Positions 32,367 to 64,000 of a stretch of 64,000 nt of DNA are shown here, piece by piece (positions within the stretch are counted from its first letter, which is position 1; each line of letters opens with the position of its first letter). The notes below the pieces were generated by a model, which searched no databases, had not been told where the DNA came from, and saw nothing but the letters and a program-made list of their open reading frames with translations. Source of the DNA: the human T2T-CHM13v2.0 reference genome, Homo sapiens; NCBI RefSeq assembly GCF_009914755.1, contig NC_060935.1; one strand, given 5' to 3'. A program made the translations under genes and the position numbers.

Positions 32367-32401
32367 GGGGCCGGGGCCGGGGCCGGGGCCGGGGCGGGGC
32401 C
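32367..32401 (+). repeat. (GGGGCC)4 GGGGC GGGGCC hexamer tract
   Basis: Read directly. Confidence 0.95.
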
Positions 32402-33474
32402 GCGCCGGGGGCGGACCCCGGGCCCGGCGCGTTCACCTTGAGCGCCCCTGGTGCTCGCGCTGGAGCTGGTTATCAGGTTCCCGGCCCAGGGGTAGCCGGG
32501 TTCCCAGCGCCACGGCTCTTAGGCAGGCCTGGCGCCCTTGGCGTGGGGCCGCGCGGGGCCTTGGGCTCCAGGGCCTCTGCCCGGCTCGGCGGTGCCGGGA
32601 GAACCGCGCGGTGGGCTCCGCCCCGGCACGCTCCCCCGGGGACCCGGAGTCACCACTCCTGGCGTCCCCCCGACCCCCGCCTGAGTGGACCATCTCCATC
32701 CCCAGGCCGATGGCGCCCACTGCGCTGTCTCCAGCGGGGACTGCCCGAAACGCGCGCTCTCTCGGTCCGCACCCCCGCCTTGCACATTGCACGAGCCGGA
32801 GCCCCAGGAGGCAAACCAAGTTCCCAACTCAGCCCCTCGCGCTTGGATGAACGAGCGCGTGGCCAGCACTTTTGAGTCACCGCGCATTCTACGCGGCACA
32901 GGCTGTCCGACCCCCACCCCCAGCCCTAGCCGTTCCCAGCGCAGTTTCCTACAGAAAACCGCACGGCCGGGCCCCACCCTGCCCCGCTCAGCCGTTCCCG
33001 GGGCGCGCGTGGGCTCCAAGACACCCTGCACAGCTGCTTCTCCATTTCTGCTGCTTGGGAGCTTTCTCCTTAAACTAAGCTTTGTCTTTCTTTCTAGTCA
33101 CGTTTCCTTCTTTCCCTTCCCGGTATTTTCTGCCAGCTGACGCCCACGCCTTTCCTAGAAGGGGCTGGGGGCTGCATGCGGTGCGAGGCACGTCCCCCAC
33201 CAGCTGTGGGCTCTTACTCAGCTTAGCACTCGCTCTCAGCAAACGGCCTGGATGGTGGCCTGAAGCCTGACCTTTGGGGGTGAAGACCTCAAGTCGGCAG
33301 AGCTCTGGAGAGGGTCCCAGTAAGCTATGGCAGGTGTCCTCAGGGACATATGCGCAGTCCTCCCAATGCTAAGGAGGCCATGGCAACATCCAACTTCTCT
33401 TAGGAAAGGCACTTAGCCATTTTAGGATCTCATTGAGGTCAGAGGTCTTTGGCGCTAAAGAATTGCAGAATCGA

Positions 33475-35599
<2,125 letters not shown>

Positions 35600-36013
35600 C
35601 TAACTTCAATGTATTGAAATTAAATTTTAATAAATCAAATCCTAATTGTTGAAATTTAATATAAATCCAAGCATAACCACCTTGCCCAGGCACTAAACCA
35701 GCCCTCAGCCCCCATTCCCAGCCCTCCTTACCCGGGGTGGGTGTGGAGTGCCCTGGCGGAGGTCCAGGCTCTGCCCTGTAGGCCCAGGTCTGACCTGCCC
35801 TGAGGCCCTCCTGCTTGCCCACTGCCTGTCTGCCGTGGGCATGGGGGGGACAGAGTAGGGCAGGGGCAGGCCGGTGGGGTGAGGAGGCCTGCAGAGATGA
35901 GTGTTTCTGCTGCTGACTGGATCCCTGCTTTAGGAGACCCCATGCCTTACCTGGGATATTCCTGGGTCCCCAGCCTGAGGATGCCTCTCACAGACATCCT
36001 CAAAAGCACTCGA

Positions 36014-38879
<2,866 letters not shown>

Positions 38880-39627
38880 TAACTTTCTTTTTCTCAGACC
38901 AACCTTAAAATTGACGAATATTCCACCAGTTCACCTGGCTGGGCCCACAGAGAAGCCTGGGCTGGAGGCCAGGTGGGTGGGTGCTGGCCCGCCCGGAAGG
39001 AAGTGCTTGCTGCAGAACCCCCTGGCCAGGGAGCCCCTCGGGTGCTGGGAAACTGACTGTGGGCAGGGCCGGTCTGGCCTCAGCTGGTCTGGCCAGTAGA
39101 GCCGGGGGGCATTGCTCCACGGGGGTCTGAGGGAGCCCAGAGGCTATAGACTCCTGCTCTGGGGCTAACAGGAGGCCAGGAGTAGCAGCATCTGTGGGTG
39201 GGGGAACAACAGGATTTTCATGGCACCTCCCCACCCCTCCCCCAGCTGGTGTCACCTGCTGTATGGCTCCTGTGTGGCTTTGGGCATTTGGGGAGGTGGG
39301 GGAGCATTTACTGATGACTGATGGTGCCTGTGGGAATGGGCTTGGCGGTACTGATGATGAGACACAGGACAGAATGGGGGACGTCCCGATATGCCCTGGA
39401 GCCCCAGAGGCTTTATGACGCCCCCCACGTTGTCCTTGGGGTGCACCTTGCACACTGAGGCCTGGTAATCATTAGGTGTTTGTTAGGATCTAGGTTTGTC
39501 TGAGTGTGGCAGAGCCCCCAGCCATGCTGTTCCTGACGGAGTGTTAGCCCTCAAACTGTGTTCTGAGGAGGGGGTGGAAAGGCAGGCAGGAATTCAACAT
39601 CCTGCCCCAAATGGGCACACGTCACCT

Positions 39628-40630
<1,003 letters not shown>

Positions 40631-40939
40631 TACAATCTCCCTGCACGTTCTGCTATCACCAGGCAATGCCTAGCTGCATAGGAGGCTGGGAAATGTAGTC
40701 TTGATTCTGGGCGGCCACATGCCCACCAAGTCAGGAGATCAGCTACTGTAGAAGGAGGGGAGATTCAGCGGCAGGGCTGGACTCGCAGTCTCTGCCGTCG
40801 GCACACGTGCAGGTCTGCAGGGCACACAGTGTACATGCTGCTTCCTGCTCATTGGGTAGCCAGTGAACCATGTGACATCCGAGTCCCCGGGAATTAAACC
40901 AGCAGAGAACTCTGGCTCAGCTCTGCAGGGAGGTAATAA

Positions 40940-45215
<4,276 letters not shown>

Positions 45216-47132
45216 AAGAAACTGTTTCCTAGGACTGCGCACTCCCGAAGCTGGCCTCTCCCGAGCCGAGGAGTGGCAGTGGTCAGAGAGGCCCACATGG
45301 ACTCAGACCCAAGGCTGGGACTGGAGTGAATCATCTGGAGGGCTTGCGTGTCTGCAAGGGCAACGACGCTGGAAGGAGGTGGGAAGTCTTTTGCATGGCT
45401 GCATGTCGGGCCTTCTGGGACCCCTAAACACTCTTGTGTGGACGGGAGGATGTCTGTGGGAATCCCAGAGCTGGCACTGAGGAGGAGTCTTCCGAGTGGG
45501 CGGAGGGGGATGCCTGCCAGGCCCAAGCCCTCCTGTGGGCAGCCCCTGCAGCACCCCCATTGCCCTGCTCTGTGAGTGGCTGCTGGTGGGGGGGCACAGT
45601 GGTCTGCTTGTCTCGGTCTTCTGCACTGCCACTGCCAATGGGAGCTTGGATTAGGCATGCCAGCCTCCTGACGCCCAGAGCCCATGCTCTGCCCACGTGT
45701 GTTAGTGGACGGTCCTCGTGACTGCTGGGACTGTCCTGGAGAGCAGCCCAGGACCCCTCACATGGCACAAGATGCTCTTGTGTCCAGAATGGCCTTTATT
45801 TGTTGTCAGGGACAGGGGAGGGAAGCTTCTTGGTGGAAGGGAGAGGCTGAAGAATGAACAGCCCCGGGACCACTTTCTCTGCCAGGAGGTGGCACTGGGA
45901 GAGGATAGGGACTCCGGAGGGGTGTACCGTCCTCCAGGAAGCCCTCTGCTGGGTCGGCTCCGTGCCTCTGTCTTGGGAAGTGATGGACTTGGTTGCCTTA
46001 TGCTGACTGGGGTCTGTCACAGATCTTGGTTTTCCCCAGGAGTTCTGGAGGCCCAGAGCCTGGGTGCGGCACCCGGTTCATTGGGGAGGGGCATGGGTCC
46101 TGTGCCCTCCTCCTGGCCGGGCTCCACCAGGGCTAAGCTCTCATCTGGGGCTGCGGAAGTGAGCCAGGGTGGGGACAAAGCCCTGGCTGGTGGGTCTGGG
46201 CCAGTTCCAGGTACAGGGTCCAGATCCCCCCACTGCAGCAGGAGGGAGCTTCCTGTTCAAAGCCATCTGGCTCTGGGAAGGACAGTGAGGCAGGGCCATC
46301 TGCTTCCCCACTCCCTGGGGTCTCTTCCTGGCCGGGACCTGGAGCTGTGCAGCCTGGCCCAGCAGGTCCTCCCTTGCGATGTGTCCACAGGGGTGGGCCT
46401 AGGCCTCCAGCTTGCAGTGGTGCAGAGGGCTGGGGAGCAGAGGGGGCCCTGGCAACAGTGGCCAAAAGTCCTGGCGCCGCCGAGGGACTAGATTCCGCAG
46501 GGGCTGCCGCCCCCGGCCGCTGTCACTGGGGTGGGGTGGGTGGTTGTTTCTCTGCAGGCCCAGGTGATGTGGAGGGGGCACCTGGGCTGCCACACAGACC
46601 CTGGGCTGGGTCGGGCACGGGGCCTGCCTCGCCCCCAGCTCAGGGACCGCAAGAGATGTGGCCCTGGCGGCTCAGGGCGGCAGGAGGGGCGGGCCAGCCC
46701 CACCGTCTCAGGATACCGTGCTAGGGGAGGGTTTCCTCGCCAAAGGCCGTCCAGCGGCTGTGACCCCTTCGCCTGGAGCCCCAGCTTCCTCCCGGCGCCG
46801 CCCTCCCGCCCCGGCCCCCGCGGAACAAACAAGGCCCTGGCCTCGGAGCTGCCCCGCCGCCCAGCGCTCACAGGTCGTTTATTCCAAGTAAGAAAACGGA
46901 GACTGCTCGGGGCAAGCTAGCGGGGCCGAGGCCCAGGACGAGGCCGTACGCGTGTGCCTGCGTGGCCGCCTCTTTTGCAGTGACCACCAACAACGACAGA
47001 GGCGGCCCGCTGCACACGCGGGTTCCCGCCCGGACCCACGCCCTTCCCGTGGGGGACGCGGGCGGCATCGCCAGCTTGGCGCGGCCCCGGGACGCGAACG
47101 CGTGGCTTCAGCGGCTCCGTCCATGGTGTCCG

Positions 47133-47146
47133 CCTGCAGGGGGCGC
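47133..47146 (+). promoter_or_regulatory. CTCF core motif CCTGCAGGGGGCGC
   Basis: 13/14 match to CCASYAGRKGGCRS inside the CpG island. Confidence 0.5.
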
Positions 47147-47449
47147 CCCCGCGCCTGCCTCGACCGGCTCGCCCCCGTGCCGCGGACGCGCGCGCGCTGC
47201 CTCACGCGACACCCGCCCCGGCCGCCGTCCGTCGTCGCTCGCGTGCGTGCGCGTGCGTGCTGGTGCGGGCGCCGTACGTGCGCGCGCGCGGCGGCCCAGA
47301 AAGCGGCGCTGGGACCCTGAGGCGGCCGTGGTTAGGCGGCTCCCCGGCGGCTCCTCCGCGGCGGTGACGGCGACCGCACTCCCCGCTTCCCGCTCCCCGC
47401 GCTCCTCCGCCCGGGTCCGCCAGCCGAGGCCGCTCCCGAGCGTCGGAAG

Positions 47450-47516
47450 ATGCCGGCCGTGTCCAAGGGGGACGGGATGCGGGGCCTGGCGGTCTTCATC
47501 TCGGATATCCGCAACT
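47450..47516 (+). CDS. AP2A2: AP2A2 exon 1 coding part, [22 protein letters not shown](C); AP-2 complex subunit alpha-2
   Basis: Alpha-adaptin N-terminus; donor AACT|GTGAGT at 47517; assigned to AP2A2 rather than AP2A1 by adjacency to CHID1; no further exon recognised in the window. Confidence 0.96.
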
Positions 47517-47536
47517 GTGAGTGGCGGGGGCGGCGT

Positions 47537-47860
47537 GGGGCCGGGGCCGGGGCCGCCGGCGGAGACGGGGTCTGGGAGCGGAGGCCCGGGGCGGGGCCTC
47601 GAGGCGGGGGTGCAGGCTGGGATGCGGGCGGGGCCCGGGGCCTGAGGGTGCGGGCGGCGCTCGGGGTCTTGGGGTACCGGGTCTGGGGGTGGGGGCCAGG
47701 GTGCGGGGTGGGGGTCCAGGGTCTGGGGGTGCGGGCGGCGCTCAGAGTCTTGGGGTATCGGGTATGGGGGTGCGGGTCAGGATGCAGAGCGGGGCCCTGG
47801 GTCTGGGGGTGCGGGGTGGGGTGTCCAGGGTCTAGGGGTGCGGGGTCTAGGGGTTTAGGG
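47537..47860 (+). repeat. G-rich low-complexity start of AP2A2 intron 1: (GGGGCC)3 plus an 81-bp-period degenerate duplication (47646 and 47727)
   Basis: Read directly. Confidence 0.85.
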
Positions 47861-48494
47861 CACGGCCCTTCATCCACATCTCCACTCCCGTTTGCTGGTC
47901 CGTGCGGGGGGCTGCGGCACCACCAAGGGGGTTCCGGGCCAAGACGCCCCTCCCCAGCATGATGTCACCTTGGTCTTTCTAGTACTGGAGCGTTTAACCC
48001 AGCGTTTTCCAAAACGGCGTGGATTTTAGCTTTGGGAGCAGAAATCTGGAAATCAGTGTCTTCCCAGGAAACAGCTTTGTGACCTGGGTTCTGGAGGCTT
48101 ATTAACCCCTGATTAGATCTCACCTACGACGATTAAAATGACTCATTCCCGGAGGGAATCTGGACACGAGCAGCAGTCGGGGTGTGGGATGGCCTCGCTG
48201 CCTGCTGCTCCAATCACAGACCTCGTTCTCAGCCCCGTGCCTGTCCCCTCGGGGTGGGAAAAATCCACACCAAACCGTTAAACAAGCCAGGAAGGCTGGG
48301 CCTGTTAGAAGGATGTGCAGGGTGGCTGGGTGGGTGCACCGGTCCACCAATTAATTTGACTTTGGTGTGCAGAACCTCCTCTTGGCTTTCAGAGGCCATC
48401 TCCTTATTTAATTTGAGGGAGAAACAAAGCCAGTTTCCTGTCTGCTGCGTTGATTTTTTTCCTTGTTATCCAGCAAATAGTTGACTTCATGATT

Positions 48495-49270
<776 letters not shown>

Positions 49271-49581
49271 TTAGAAACACCCTCAGATCAGCACTTTTAC
49301 GAGTAGCATTTTTTCTCTTTGTTTGTTACATAATGAGACCAACATGCATTTTGTAAAACTAAGTGTGTGTATTATTTCTTAAGGGGACCTCTGGGACAAA
49401 GACTGAGTACCCTTAAATGCGCTATGATGTCTGTCCTTCCATTTTTGAAGAAAATTGCGTTAGGCAGGACAATGAGATTGAAAGCCATTTCCTCAGACAG
49501 CAAGTCACCCACTTGTCAGATATATTGTCTGTGCCAGGGCCTGCGTTTGACAGGATGGCGCCTACCACAGTGAGTGCGGTA

Positions 49582-49895
49582 TAGCCGTCCTCCCTTATTT
49601 GTGGTTTCACCTTCTGAGGTTTCAGTTACCTCTGGTGATCTGAAAATAGGTGAGCATAGTACAATAAGATATTTAAAGAGACCACATTCATATAACTTTT
49701 ATTACAGTATATCATTACAGTTCTTTTTTATTATTGGCTTCTGTTAATCTCTTACTGTGCCTAATCTGTAAGTTAGACTTTTTCATAGGTATGTGTGGGA
49801 AAAAAGCAGCTTGTATAGGATTTAGTATCATCTGAAGTTTCAGGCACCCACTGAGTGCCTTGGAACGTATACCTGTGGATATGGGGAAACTGCTG
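49582..49895. mobile_element. MER44A-like TcMar-Tigger non-autonomous DNA transposon
   Basis: Degenerate TIRs (TAGCCGTCCTCCCTTAT / GGATATGGGGAAACTGCTG) flanked by TA; internal GAGACCACATTCATATAACTTTTATTACAGTATA. Confidence 0.8.
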
Positions 49896-49924
49896 TACTC
49901 TATAAAATACTTGACTATATAGAC

Positions 49925-50110
49925 CAGACTTTCTCCAACTCAGCAGAGCTGACATTTGGGGCTGGATCACACTTTATTGTGGGGAACTGTTCTGTGCCTT
50001 TTAGGATGTTTATAGCAGCACCAGTTGCCTTAGTTGTGATAAGGAACAATGTCTCCAGGCATTGACAAATGTGCCCTTAGGGCAAAGTTGTCCGCCGTCG
50101 AGAACCACTA
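49925..50110. mobile_element. MER20 hAT-Charlie DNA transposon
   Basis: TGACATTTGGGGCTGGAT...AATGTCTCCAGGCATTGACAAATGTGCCC...GAGAACCACT. Confidence 0.8.
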
Positions 50111-50786
50111 GTGTATCCCATTGAATAACACAGCCCCTCCCCTGAAGGAGCTCGTAGAAGAAGGGGTGCTTAGTCCTAGCTGGGGGAGCCAGGTCTCTTT
50201 AATACGGCCCCTTTCTCGGAATCCTCTTTCCCTCATTGCTGTTGGATGGCCTCTCATCAGCTGCAGCGCCCACCATTCTCCTCCTGGGCAGTGTCTTCAG
50301 CTTGTGGTGCTGCTTTTCACCTGAGTGGCCCCATCTCCCCCACTGCCCTCTAGGGTGGCCTCTACAAGGTGCGCACCCTATCTTGCTCATCACATTTTTC
50401 CTGCTGTTCTCCTCATGGCGAGCGTCTGGCATGCGAGGTGCATGCCAGAGAAGACCTCACAAGGAAGGTGATTCTTGGGCAATTCAGGCAGAAGACCAAG
50501 AAGGTATTAGAGGAACAGCAAATAATTAATGTATATACGTATTGAGTTAATGAATGTTGGCTGGTGCCTGGAGACGGGATTGGAGAGCCAGCCAGGGTTT
50601 GAGCTGATCTGAACTTGACCTCCATGTCACAGGCAGAGGGGTCCCCGCTTCCCCTTTCCCTGGCCAGCTCTGATTTTGTGTGCTGTTTTCCTGTCATGAG
50701 AGTGAATGATAGGAGTAGTCGGGCCCTGTGGAAAGAGGACTCTGAGCCAACAGCCAAGGCTCTTGACCCTGACTCTGCCTCTTAGC

Positions 50787-50967
50787 AGCTGCATGAGTGG
50801 AGGCCACTGGCCATGGAGCCTCAGTTTCCACAGCGGACAGTTGAAGGGCTGGATTTTCAGCTGAAATATCATTAAAGCTGCGTGAGTGGAGGCCACTAGC
50901 CACGGAGCCTCAGTTTCCTCAGCTGACGCTTGAAGGGGCGGATTTTGAGCTGAAATATCGTTAAAGC
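50787..50967. repeat. 89-bp tandem duplication of a MIR-derived segment
   Basis: AGCTGCRTGAGTGGAGGCCACT...GAGCCTCAGTTTCC at 50787 and 50876; GAGCCTCAGTTTCC is the MIR core. Confidence 0.85.
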
Positions 50968-51022
50968 CTGTTTCAGCTCCAAATTTGCGTCTTTCTGACC
51001 AGTTTCTTAAGTTTTCCTCCTT

Positions 51023-55852
<4,830 letters not shown>

Positions 55853-56205
55853 CTTTCCCACCTTTTCAAATTGTAGCCCTGTCGAGAGCCTGGAGTCTTC
55901 ATCTTTGCCTGAAATTCAGACTCCGAGTTGTGATGGTTTTGTGTTCATCTCTGTGCTTGGCTTCAGGATACTCCCCATTTACCTTTCTTCTCACCCACCC
56001 TAAGCTTTGGTGTCTGTCTACGGGTTTGCTTAGAAGTGTAGAGACCAACAGCCAACATGGGGTGCCTGGCTTTTGTTTTTGCGTTGTGGGGTGTTTTTCT
56101 TACCTTTAAAATCCCTCTGATGGCAGCACAAGGGTGTAATGAGGATTAGTTATTTAGCATATCTAAAGAACTTTGAGCTCCTTAGGGCAGGCGGCACTGT
56201 ATTAG

Positions 56206-58126
<1,921 letters not shown>

Positions 58127-58129
58127 GGT

Positions 58130-63662
<5,533 letters not shown>

Positions 63663-64000
63663 CAATACCTGACCTTTTAGTAAATCAAATTTGGGCAGGT
63701 GGTTCTGAGAGCTTGTGTGGCATGTATTTCTCAGTGGAATTTTAAATAGAATGGTGACTCGGCATTTATTCCTTGTCTGAAGTAAGCAAGTAGGAAGGAC
63801 CTTGTTCCCCATTCAAGGGAATGAACGGTGTGGTATGTACTTTGCAAACCTACGTATGGGATTAGTCTGTAGTGCTCTGAAACCTAGAAATCAAAGGAAA
63901 GGCATGGGGCCTTTGACCGACTGACCTTTGTTTCTTGCTGGTAATAGAATATAGTAAATGGAAATTTATCTCAGTAGTTTAGTCAGTAGATTCTGTTATT

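Larger units (their letters stand above)
31580..33200. promoter_or_regulatory. CpG island promoter of CHID1 with ETS/GABPA motifs (CCGGAAGT 32261-32268; CCGGAA 32241-32246) and GC boxes (32269-32276, 32391-32400)
   Basis: Very high CpG density, TATA-less; motifs read directly. Confidence 0.9.
46480..47960. promoter_or_regulatory. CpG island promoter and 5'UTR of AP2A2, with NRF1-like GCGCGTGCG and (CG)n runs at 47187-47290
   Basis: CpG density; surrounds the AP2A2 ATG. Confidence 0.92.

Noticed and set aside
31613-32875. 420-aa plus-strand ORF over the CHID1 CpG island
   Set aside because: Non-ATG start, Pro/Arg/Gly/Ala low complexity; stop depletion is explained by very high GC
47517-47962. 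Extension of the AP2A2 ORF to 170 aa
   Set aside because: Read-through past the GTGAGT donor into G-rich intron

Overview
Human genomic DNA, GC- and Alu-rich. By recall this is the 11p15.5 CHID1/AP2A2 locus. On the minus strand is the 5' three-quarters of CHID1 (chitinase domain-containing 1 / SI-CLP). It has a non-coding first exon in a CpG island near 32.2 kb and nine coding exons (26244 down to 4582). These splice with GT-AG boundaries and matching phases into 959 nt of CDS; the rest of the gene lies beyond base 1. On the plus strand, AP2A2 starts in a second CpG island (coding exon 1 at 47450-47516), and its intron 1 fills the rest of the window. The remainder is Alus, MaLR LTRs, old L1M, MIR and DNA-transposon relics, plus many GC-rich minisatellites, including a ~1.25 kb VNTR. 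I found no convincing new multi-gene system, and nearly all other ORFs in the track are repeat or GC artefacts. The best leads are: a spliced uORF versus in-frame N-terminal extension set by CHID1 first-exon choice; a duplicated decoy splice donor; a Kozak-flanked upstream-antisense ORF at AP2A2 ending in AATAAA; a divergent CTCF motif pair between the promoters; (GGGGCC)n tracts at both promoters; and a VNTR that apparently arose inside an L1 relic. Repeat boundaries and subfamily names were estimated by eye.
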